Assembly: GCA_040756215.1 (NCBI GenBank)
Contig: JBFLZQ010000007.1
Coordinates: 62,336-126,335, forward strand
Direction of reading: 5' to 3'
DNA from: Acidobacteriota bacterium
Lineage (GTDB): Bacteria; Acidobacteriota; Blastocatellia; Pyrinomonadales; Pyrinomonadaceae
Length of the DNA: 64,000 bases
Part shown: in pieces, positions 7,204-15,575 of the stretch
Layout of the letters: each line of letters starts with the position of its first letter
Numbering within the stretch: the first letter of the stretch is position 1
Position numbers and translations under genes: made by a program
Notes under the pieces: model-generated
Databases searched by the model: none
What the model was told of the DNA's origin: nothing
Seen by the model: the letters and a program-made list of their open reading frames with translations, nothing else

Positions 7204-10062
7204 TCAATTTCGTCTTTCGAAACCAGTTAACTGGATGGACTGGAAAAATGGTGTTCCCGGCGGTAAACGGTTGATATCCCTAAAAGACACATCGAATACC
7301 CAATTTCGGGTCGGTGGGCTGTAAACATTATTGCAACACTTGAAGGCACCGTTGTTATTTCTTGAATTGAAAAGATTTATTAATGAGCCTGTATAGTTCA
7401 AGCGTGACCCCCAGTTCTCCAGAAACCTTGGGAAATTATGCACGCCGCCGTTCATTCTTATATCTCCACCGCCTTGATTCGGTGTTCCGTTAAGGCTTGT
7501 TAAAGTATCACCCGCAATCATTCCGAAACGGACCGTTGTCTCCGTACCCGGGCGGTTTGATAGCGAAAACGGATAGCGAAAACTTCTTGCATCGCTCCAA
7601 TTATTGGACAGAATCGTTACGGAATCCGCCGCAATGGATGCAGGAATGTGGTTTGCAGTATTTTGCGGTAAATAGTCCGTGGATGGGGTCGGGCTTCCAA
7701 CCGATGCAACGCCCGTTGCATTGTAGTTTCCGCGTACGTAAACGCCATTTTCTGAGGCAACGGTAAATCCTTTTGTCAGTGTCGGGTTGGAACTATTGTA
7801 AATCCCCGGCAAGGTTGTCCCGTTTATAAGTCTGACACCGCGGCGATAATATCTGTGTTCGAACAGGGCAGCTATCTCAGGCTGAACATCGGCTCCCGAT
7901 CCTGTATAGCGGACCGCTTCTCCGCTTAAGAAATTGGCGTCGAGAACTCCATTGTGATTTGCATCCTCGCCCGGCTGTAAAATACCGTCGGTCGGGCCAT
8001 AAATGTCCTCCATGTCGTATTCACCATCGAAATCGGCGTCGCCACGACGGTCCGAAACATAAAAAACCCAACCGGATTTTGATGGTATGTCCTGTGCCCT
8101 GAGCGGATGTCCCGCAATTGTTGCATATGGAGTTCCTGACGGCATGAAAGAATCGAAATTTCCGTTTAAAAATGCCCTCAGATTGGCAATATCAATGTCA
8201 ACCATACTCATAACGCCGGCCCAGGGAACCCTTGTCCCATATGTACTGAGGGGATTGAAAACTGCGGCCGTATCGTTGAAAAGACCCTCGCGCGTATCAA
8301 ACATATTTATCGGGAATGGCGCAACGCAGGCTACGGAACCGACAGGCGGTGTATAGCCAGTTATCGCGGCCTGTTTCCAGTGAGCGCGGTTATCTCCTGA
8401 GCCAAGGCCATTTGGAAAGGCTCCGTTGTTTATCCTGTTTACGCCGGTCGCTGCCGGATCACTGCAGGGACGCGTCAGTGAACCGCTATTTACCGTACCT
8501 GCAAGGACAAAATTTGTAGGTGACGTTGTAACAAAGGTACTTGCCGAGCCGATCATCTGCGGACCCGGAATGTTGAACCGCTGCAGTTTTATTATCGATC
8601 TGCTGTCCGCAATTCCATAACCCGATTCAGTTATTGATATGCCGCTATTTGCAGGATCAGTTACGCCAAGGCTCAGAATATCCGGGGTAATATCCCTCGT
8701 TACATAAGACTGCGTAGCCGGGTCGTAATCGACCGTTTCAATTTTTATCCAGATCTGTTTGCCTGAAACGTAAAAGCGTTCCCCGTTTATCCTTGTGGCC
8801 TGGTAAGCCGGCGAGCCGTTCATTGCAATTGGCTGGTAGCCACGAGCCTGTCCGGGCAACGGATCGGCTCCGGCCCCAAGGGCATCGCCATCGAGACGTA
8901 TCCCGCAGGGAGTTGTAACGGCTGCACCGGTAGAAGACGCACAGCCGGGCAGTTTTGCCTTGCTGTCGGCCAGCGAAACGCGGATGCCGGTTTTGTTGTA
9001 ATAACGCTCGCTGGCGGTAATGGGGTCGTCAGCGGTAGCAGTTGTTACGGGAACTATATTTGGAGAGGTTGGTGTTCCGGTACCATCGTTCCATAGGTCG
9101 CCGACGGACTTTCCGCGTTTAATTATTTCAATCAGATCGAGCGGAGTGCCCGAAATTGCACTGTTAAGTTTGATCGGCAGATCGAGCGTAGGTTGATTTG
9201 CAAGCAGGTTTCCTTGAAACAGCCCCTGATTAGTTGGCCAGGCAGCGGACGCATAAGCAGTTGGCAGCGGATTTGTGGTTACCGGAGTTCCGGTTGCTGG
9301 GCTTTGCAGTACACTGCCCATATCGTGACGGAGCTGGACATATGTACCCGTAGCATTGCGAATAAATACATTTTCTCCCCAGTTGGTATAGGGAAAACCA
9401 TTTTTCTGAACGTCAGTGAAAATATGCCTTGCAGCCGTAACCTTGGATGAAAAATAAAGACCGGTGTTTGCCGCCAGGAACAATGAACCATTGGAATGAA
9501 CGCGGCCCCCGAAATCAAACCTCGGGCCGGGGTGAAATTCCAGATCATCGTCATAAAAAATACCGAATTGAAAAATGGGAATGCGATCATTGAAAAACTT
9601 ACGTCTGAGGGCCACCTGGACTCCGGTCATTCTATCTGTTGCAGTCGTATCGATTTGCCACTCGTCACGTAAGGAATTCAACCCCTGAAAGCGTTCGCCA
9701 GTCATTACCTTGACCTGCGTTGCTCCGGTTTGCGTAATATGTTGTTCGAAATCATATCCGGTGAATCCCGGTGGCGTTTCAGCTTCTACATTAGCTAAAT
9801 CAGCAGGATCCGGCACCAACTTTATCTCAAATATTTTATCGAAGTTACGCGTCATTAGTTCAAGTGATGCATTAGCTGCTTCGAATGCTTTTGTTTCGGC
9901 CGTATCGTTTGCCGCCGCGATAGTTTCATTCGTTGTCCGCGATATTGCCAGCGCGACAAACGCAATCAAGAGAGCCATGACAAGCAATGTAATTACCATT
10001 GCCGAACCGGTCTCATTTTTCTTAAAGCACTTTGAAAGGCATCGGGTCTCTATCGCTTTCAT
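7204..10062 (-). CDS. Large PilX_N-type pseudopilin-like protein with PilY1-type calcium-loop motifs (putative pilus tip or adhesin component)
   Basis: ATG at 10062 is preceded by GGAGG, whereas the track start 10125 overlaps the upstream gene. The N-terminus ETGSAMVITLLVMALLIAFVALAISRT matches the PilX N-terminal pattern. It is last in a FimT-PilV-PilW-PilX ordered operon. Loops DADFDGEYD and DANHNGVLD lie at 8040-8014 and 7965-7939. Confidence 0.8.
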   Translation of the reverse strand: MKAIETRCLSKCFKKNETGSAMVITLLVMALLIAFVALAISRTTNETIAAANDTAETKAFEAANASLELMTRNFDKIFEIKLVPDPADLANVEAETPPGFTGYDFEQHITQTGATQVKVMTGERFQGLNSLRDEWQIDTTATDRMTGVQVALRRKFFNDRIPIFQFGIFYDDDLEFHPGPRFDFGGRVHSNGSLFLAANTGLYFSSKVTAARHIFTDVQKNGFPYTNWGENVFIRNATGTYVQLRHDMGSVLQSPATGTPVTTNPLPTAYASAAWPTNQGLFQGNLLANQPTLDLPIKLNSAISGTPLDLIEIIKRGKSVGDLWNDGTGTPTSPNIVPVTTATADDPITASERYYNKTGIRVSLADSKAKLPGCASSTGAAVTTPCGIRLDGDALGAGADPLPGQARGYQPIAMNGSPAYQATRINGERFYVSGKQIWIKIETVDYDPATQSYVTRDITPDILSLGVTDPANSGISITESGYGIADSRSIIKLQRFNIPGPQMIGSASTFVTTSPTNFVLAGTVNSGSLTRPCSDPAATGVNRINNGAFPNGLGSGDNRAHWKQAAITGYTPPVGSVACVAPFPINMFDTREGLFNDTAAVFNPLSTYGTRVPWAGVMSMVDIDIANLRAFLNGNFDSFMPSGTPYATIAGHPLRAQDIPSKSGWVFYVSDRRGDADFDGEYDMEDIYGPTDGILQPGEDANHNGVLDANFLSGEAVRYTGSGADVQPEIAALFEHRYYRRGVRLINGTTLPGIYNSSNPTLTKGFTVASENGVYVRGNYNATGVASVGSPTPSTDYLPQNTANHIPASIAADSVTILSNNWSDARSFRYPFSLSNRPGTETTVRFGMIAGDTLTSLNGTPNQGGGDIRMNGGVHNFPRFLENWGSRLNYTGSLINLFNSRNNNGAFKCCNNVYSPPTRNWVFDVSFRDINRLPPGTPFFQSIQLTGFERRN

Positions 10063-10093
10063 CCTGAACCTCCAAATTACGACAAATGGATTT

Positions 10094-11227
10094 TTATCCC
10101 GCGTCGTATTCCATATTACGGGCACTGAAAGTAGCGGTTACTTCGATGGAATCGGCAACGCCCAGTTGTTCGTCCCGTTCCAGAGCCTGCACACGAAGTG
10201 TTACGGTTACCTGCCTGATTTGATTGAATTGCTCAATGTCATCATCCGCAGTTCCTGCTATTCCGTCCGGACCTGCGGCAGGATCATCAGTTACCGTACC
10301 GTCAGCTAGCACATATCTGATTTGTAGATTTTCCACGTTGTAGGCTATCGGCTGCTCCCGAATCTGGTCGGCCGGTGAATTTCCGCTTCTGTTGTTGCCA
10401 TAAGTCGTTCTGACAAGCGTCCCATCAGGTCTCACGGAATACCCAACGATGAAAAAACGCTTTGCCGTTGTAGAAACATAGGGTGTGCAATTTTCGTCCG
10501 GCACCGGTGGCGAGCCTGACGGCGGATTGCATTGCCGCAGCACACTTCCGCTGTCTCCCGTACCATCGAGCGGTTGATTCAGCCCAAGTGGATCGCCCGG
10601 GGCAGCCTCAAACTGGTTTCCGCTGACAGAGGTAACCAATATTGCAACCTGCGAACTGTCAGATTCGACCAGAAGCAAATCGTTTCGGGATAATTCCCCG
10701 ACTCCTCCGGAAGCAGTAAGCCTCGGTATCGAAGGATTTCCCGGAGCAGCACCGACGGAAGAAAGATTGATTACGTTACCGGAATTAAAATCGGTATCCC
10801 GATAGCAAAAAACGACAACGTCCGTGCGTGCCAATGGATCGGGATTCAATGTGCTGGGATTGATATTGTTTCCGGCGATTATAGAGGTGATCAAATCGCG
10901 TTTTGTATTTGCGTCTGGCGGTAATCCGAAATGTGAACTGACAAAATCATCCGGTGCGACCGCACCTTTTCTGTGGTAGCCAAGCCCCGCATTCAGAGCA
11001 TCCCGTCCAATCATATGGACTGCAATACGGGCATTTTTCATTATATCGGCCCGGCGGCTTGACCTGTTGCGGTCAACTCTTCCGATCTGCAGCATTCCAT
11101 AGACAACGGCGGTGACAATCAGAAATATAGTCATCGCTACCAGAAGTTCTACCAGCGTAAAGCCCGCTTTGGAATCATACTTGGAATATGAATTTCGGGA
11201 CTCCGAAAACCCCTCTATGGTTTTCAT
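10094..11227 (-). CDS. PilW-like minor pilin (prepilin-type N-terminal cleavage/methylation domain)
   Basis: KAGFTLVELLVAMTIFLIV prepilin motif. The 377-aa size and the position after a PilV-like gene also fit. Confidence 0.8.
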   Translation of the reverse strand: MKTIEGFSESRNSYSKYDSKAGFTLVELLVAMTIFLIVTAVVYGMLQIGRVDRNRSSRRADIMKNARIAVHMIGRDALNAGLGYHRKGAVAPDDFVSSHFGLPPDANTKRDLITSIIAGNNINPSTLNPDPLARTDVVVFCYRDTDFNSGNVINLSSVGAAPGNPSIPRLTASGGVGELSRNDLLLVESDSSQVAILVTSVSGNQFEAAPGDPLGLNQPLDGTGDSGSVLRQCNPPSGSPPVPDENCTPYVSTTAKRFFIVGYSVRPDGTLVRTTYGNNRSGNSPADQIREQPIAYNVENLQIRYVLADGTVTDDPAAGPDGIAGTADDDIEQFNQIRQVTVTLRVQALERDEQLGVADSIEVTATFSARNMEYDAG

Positions 11228-11241
11228 AGGCTTATCTCACA

Positions 11242-11814
11242 TCAATAATTTGTGATAATTGTTGAAATGGTCTCGGTACGGGCAAGTTGATTGACAAAAA
11301 AACGTACATTTACCGTAACTTGTCTGCGAGAGACGGGATTTGGCGGCGGGCGATCCGGATCCGGCACGTCGGTTATTACTATTTCACGTTGAAAACCCTC
11401 AATAATCGGGCTCAAATTTGGCGGGCGGCCGGTTACAAAACATCCGCCGGGACCCGGACAAGCATCATCCGCAGTGCCGGCGACACCGTCCCAGCCGAGT
11501 TCCTGACGAACAGGTCTGTAACCATTCACAAAAATTCCATTCACAGCTCCGGGCGGGAGGCCTGTAACTTCATTTCTCAAAGAATCCCAGCTATCCACTA
11601 CGCCGGGACGTTTAATCTGTTTTGCCGCGGTGATGGATTCCAGTGTAGAAAGAGCGATCTGTTTGGCTGCTATTCGTTTCTCCGATTCGATACCGCGCAG
11701 GAAATTTGCCGTTAGAGCCGAAAGCATTCCGAGCACGCCAACCAGCAAAATAACCAGCGCGACCATCACTTCGATGTATGAAAAACCTGCCGCATTGTTT
11801 CTATAATTTTTCAC
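11242..11814 (-). CDS. PilV-like minor pilin
   Basis: AAGFSYIEVMVALVILLVGVLGMLSAL prepilin motif, 190 aa, second gene of the operon. Confidence 0.8.
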   Translation of the reverse strand: MKNYRNNAAGFSYIEVMVALVILLVGVLGMLSALTANFLRGIESEKRIAAKQIALSTLESITAAKQIKRPGVVDSWDSLRNEVTGLPPGAVNGIFVNGYRPVRQELGWDGVAGTADDACPGPGGCFVTGRPPNLSPIIEGFQREIVITDVPDPDRPPPNPVSRRQVTVNVRFFVNQLARTETISTIITNY

Positions 11815-11839
11815 AAAAACACTCCATATCTGATGGGTT

Positions 11840-12528
11840 CTATGGACCGCCCAGCGAACCTGCGCGGCGGCTGTCCTTCCATTTGTTAGAAGCGGTTAAA
11901 CTCCAATCCCATTCCCAGCCACGTACCACACCGGAGGAACCGATTACCGTGATGGCACGCGCGATGTCGGCATTCGTCGGACTCCCGGCCTGCGGCGACC
12001 AGATGTGTATCGTTACGCCCGTTGTAACCGCTCCCGAACCAATCGAATTTGTACCCGCATTTGTTACAGTGCCATCACGCATAAAACGTATCGTACAGAC
12101 TTCATTTCCAAAACTTAGCGGATGCAGGCTTGGAAGAAATACTGCGTTAGGCACCGGTAAAGTCTCCGGTGGATTCTGTGTTATGTTCATTGGCGGCTGC
12201 CCGACGGTAACTATTGCGGGCTCAGGAATCGTCAATAGTTTTATGATTTCGTCATCCGATGCCAGAGTCGGCTGATTTTCGTCAATAACACGGACAACTT
12301 TTGCGGTTTTGTCAATTTCTACGCGGATGGTTTCCCGCTGTGTGAGCGAGCGCTGCCTTGCCTCCTGCAATGCGTCGGCAATAAGCAAAGTCGTATCGTC
12401 CGGTCGGTATAATTTTCTGTGACCCTCAAAATAAAAAAGCGAGATGGCCAGCAAACCGATGCAACCGTCAGGACGACAAGCAGTTCAATCAATGAAAAGC
12501 CATTGCAATGCGGTTTCGGATGTTGCAT
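11840..12528 (-). pseudogene. FimT/FimU (GspH-domain) minor pilin gene interrupted by a 1-nt frameshift
   Basis: The leader and hydrophobic helix (MQHPKPHCNGFSLIELLVVLTVA) are in one frame (ORF 12319..12558). The continuation IGLLAISLFYF...LIADALQEARQRSL... (GspH-like body, ORF 11840..12454) is in another frame. The frames switch near 12458-12465. Confidence 0.7.
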
Positions 12529-12701
12529 TTTGACTGTTTTTATATCGCGAAGTGTCATTTTGAAATACCAGCCGCTATTAGATTTAGATGGCCAATATTA
12601 TCTATGTTCCACATTTTTAATCAGTGTTGATAAATATTTAACATCAAATATCGCTTTATCTGTAGCCACTAATGCAATAAAATTGGCAAAGATTCATTTT
12701 T

Positions 12702-13637
12702 ATGAACCAAAATAAGCCGCCTGGAAATGGTTCCGTCACGCCCGACCGCCTGGTCCGCGGCCTGCTTGCAAAAATAGGTGATGTTTTTGATCGCGTAACC
12801 GGACGCAGCTGGCGTCCCGGCAGCAGTCTGGCAACGAGCGAATTGATAGAAAGACTTAAAGCACTGCTTGATTTAGAGGCTGTAACCGATGAAAAGAAAA
12901 GGGTTTTTGTCCCGCATCACATTCGGCTGAATATGCAATGGGATAAATTTTCGGCCGATTCGGAAGAATCTCTCAAATTGCTTGAAAATGAATTGCTCGT
13001 TGCGGCAATTGATCATATCAATGACAGGAAATACTACACGCGCGGCCCTTTGAACATAGAAGTACGGCCGGATTATTTTACCACCGGCGTGGTTCTTCGT
13101 GTAGGCTTCGATCCTCTCGGAACCGAAGAACACGAAAGCAGTCTGCAGATAAATCCTCCGGTAACGGTTGATGATGCAGAAACGCAAGTGAGACAGGTTT
13201 TCAGACTAAAAGCCCGGTTTTTATCCGGAGATAAAAACATAGAAAAAACATTTGAAACGGCCGTCGGCGAAAGAATCTCAGTAGGTCGCGGAAAATCAAA
13301 TCAACTGCAAATTGACGATGAAAGCGTCTCGAAGGTTCATTCGGCAATATACATTGCGGAGGGCGGAAACCTGATGCTTGCCGATACGGGTTCGACTAAC
13401 GGAACATTTCTCGGCAGCAAACGTATTGCTTACGGAAAGGCAATAGACGCAGGCTTAAATCCCGACATTACTTTTGGCGGTGTTACAGTGCACTTTGAAG
13501 TCTCCGAAATTGATGAAATTGAATCTCAAACACATAACTCTGATATTACCGAAGGTAACAAAGATGCTAATCTTTCGATTACTTTCCGTGCCAATATGCA
13601 ACCGGAAGAGCCGTCTTCGGAAGAAAAACAGAAGTGA
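12702..13637 (+). CDS. FhaA-like protein (FhaA N-terminal domain plus C-terminal FHA), second paralog
   Basis: N-terminal pattern VFVPHHIRLNMQWDKF...LNIEVRPD. C-terminal FHA signature ISVGRGKSNQLQIDDESVSKVHSAI...GSTNGTFLG. Confidence 0.85.
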   Translation: MNQNKPPGNGSVTPDRLVRGLLAKIGDVFDRVTGRSWRPGSSLATSELIERLKALLDLEAVTDEKKRVFVPHHIRLNMQWDKFSADSEESLKLLENELLVAAIDHINDRKYYTRGPLNIEVRPDYFTTGVVLRVGFDPLGTEEHESSLQINPPVTVDDAETQVRQVFRLKARFLSGDKNIEKTFETAVGERISVGRGKSNQLQIDDESVSKVHSAIYIAEGGNLMLADTGSTNGTFLGSKRIAYGKAIDAGLNPDITFGGVTVHFEVSEIDEIESQTHNSDITEGNKDANLSITFRANMQPEEPSSEEKQK

Positions 13638-15571
13638 AAATGCCATTAGCTGCTTTGATTTTGGCAATCGATTGGTCATGGCTACGCCCTGAAAGTCTTT
13701 TCGGCGGCCAAATACTCGAACGTACGCCTGCAGCTTTGTCCATTGCCTACATTATCGGACTCGGAATCGTTATCGGGCTTCTTATTCTTACTTTTTTCGA
13801 TAATTTCAAAAGACCATTGTTCCCTTTCGAGATTGGGCTGCCACGCGAAGCAGCCCGACGGATTACCACCGCGATAGCGAATAGAAGCATACGCATTTGG
13901 CAAACAGTTTTTTTACTGCTTGCCTTGACGGTATTTGGATTTCAGGTTTATTGGGTTTATTTCGCCGAAGATTACAATGAACAATTCCAGGCCGTCTCCT
14001 ACAAAGATTTAAGGACCCGCAGGACGTCGGCTGCGAGCCTTCGCGGCTGGATATTCGACAGGACCGGTTCACTTGAAAACGCACTTGCTTATTACAAAGT
14101 TGGAGAGGATCGCAACATAATCCGGGCATACTCGCTGGATCGCGAAATGGCACATTTGCTTGGTACGGAAAGAGGAACTCCCGGACTTGAACGCACTCTT
14201 TTCAGTAAAGAATCTGACCCAATGCCCGAAGCCTGGGAAATCCTGACAAAAATCAAACAGCCCGGCCTATCGGTAAGAGACGTTAAATTAACTATTGACA
14301 AAGAATTACAGGAATTTGTTGCCAAACAACTTGAAGGAAGGAAAGGTGCAATTGTTGTTATAAATCCTCAAAACGGCGATCTCCTTGCGATGTACTCCAA
14401 TCCTTCTTTTCGGCTTTCGGAGGCACAGGATCTTGCAGGTTATCTTGACCTTGAGTCTGACAATGTAAACAAGCCTTTGCTTAACCGCGCTACACGAGAA
14501 TTCTATGTTCCGGGCTCGACGTTTAAAACCTTTACCATGATTTCGGCGTTTCGTGCCGGCAAACAATCAGCAGTTTTTCCTAGCTATCCTGAAGGCTTTC
14601 GCCCTTCCAGATCCTCACGACCAATAGTTGATGCAACACAGAAACTTTTACCAGATGGGACAGTAACCGGTGTCTGCGATGGCGGTTGCGGTGAAAAAAA
14701 TATACAGTTTGCGTATCAAGTCTCCAGTAATCAGTATTTTGCACAGCTAGCCATACTGATTGGCCGCGAACGCATGGCTGAAACAGCGGCACAGCTCGGT
14801 ATTTTGCCGGTGGAAACGCCAAACGATGCTCTTATTCCGCGGTTCTTTCCACTGATCTGGAATACATCGAACCAGAAAATCGCTTCTGCTCTTGCCCCAC
14901 AGCAATCAACTCTTGTTACGGGCAAAACACTTTCGGCTTTTGATTTGGGGCTCGAGGGCATGGGACAAGGATTTGCCGGACAAATGACTCCTTTTCAACT
15001 TGCTTTAATCGCTTCGGCGCCGGCAAATCTTGAAGGAAAATTAATGAAACCGCGAATCGAGGCAAATCAACCGCCGCAAGTCTTTTCCCAGGTTCTCACG
15101 CCTCAACAGGCTCTGCAAATCCGTCAGATAATGTCCACGGTTACAGAGGAGCCGGGCGGCACCGGTACGGTTATTTCCGCAAAACTGGCAGGAACCGGAA
15201 TCCGGACAGGTGGTAAAACAGGAACTGCCGAAAAACTTGCACCGGTTTTTGATGAAAAAACCGGCAGACTCAAAACACAGAGGGTAAAAGTTCGCGATGC
15301 AAACGGTCAGTTAAAAGAAATAGAACAGCCCGTAATGTATGAGAGAGTTGACAGTTGGTTTATTTCCATTGCTCCGCTGGAGCGTCCGCAGGTCGCAATC
15401 GCAGTTGTCGTCGAAGGTGGCGGTTTCGGAGCAAGGACAGCGGCCCCAATCGCCGCAAATATAATACTTAAAGCACGCGAACTTGGTCTCTTGGGCGACC
15501 AGTATAAACCAAAATCATCTTTACCCAAGACACAGACTAAATCAGGAAACAAACGCAGTAAAAACAATTGA
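13634..15571 (+). CDS. mrdA: Class B penicillin-binding protein (PBP2/PbpA-type transpeptidase)
   Basis: STFK (SxxK), SSN (SxN) and KTGTA (KTG) motifs in the correct order, an N-terminal TM segment, and a SEDS gene immediately downstream. The symbol rests on this PBP2-RodA pairing. Confidence 0.9.
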   Translation: MKMPLAALILAIDWSWLRPESLFGGQILERTPAALSIAYIIGLGIVIGLLILTFFDNFKRPLFPFEIGLPREAARRITTAIANRSIRIWQTVFLLLALTVFGFQVYWVYFAEDYNEQFQAVSYKDLRTRRTSAASLRGWIFDRTGSLENALAYYKVGEDRNIIRAYSLDREMAHLLGTERGTPGLERTLFSKESDPMPEAWEILTKIKQPGLSVRDVKLTIDKELQEFVAKQLEGRKGAIVVINPQNGDLLAMYSNPSFRLSEAQDLAGYLDLESDNVNKPLLNRATREFYVPGSTFKTFTMISAFRAGKQSAVFPSYPEGFRPSRSSRPIVDATQKLLPDGTVTGVCDGGCGEKNIQFAYQVSSNQYFAQLAILIGRERMAETAAQLGILPVETPNDALIPRFFPLIWNTSNQKIASALAPQQSTLVTGKTLSAFDLGLEGMGQGFAGQMTPFQLALIASAPANLEGKLMKPRIEANQPPQVFSQVLTPQQALQIRQIMSTVTEEPGGTGTVISAKLAGTGIRTGGKTGTAEKLAPVFDEKTGRLKTQRVKVRDANGQLKEIEQPVMYERVDSWFISIAPLERPQVAIAVVVEGGGFGARTAAPIAANIILKARELGLLGDQYKPKSSLPKTQTKSGNKRSKNN

Positions 15572-15575
15572 TCAA

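Noticed and set aside
9710-10309. 199-aa plus-strand ORF spanning the PilW/PilX-like junction
   Set aside because: It is antisense to two motif-supported pilin genes, and its Ser/Ala-rich composition is typical of antisense frames. The same reasoning applies to the other antisense track ORFs in the window (for example 1372..1857, 8087..8356, 36574..36954, 44711..45124, 60037..60567).
15483-15575. Track start (TTG 15483) for the SEDS gene
   Set aside because: It would give an 89-nt same-strand overlap with the PBP gene. The overlapped region has no hydrophobic or conserved character. TTG 15576 is taken as the provisional start, but this remains uncertain.
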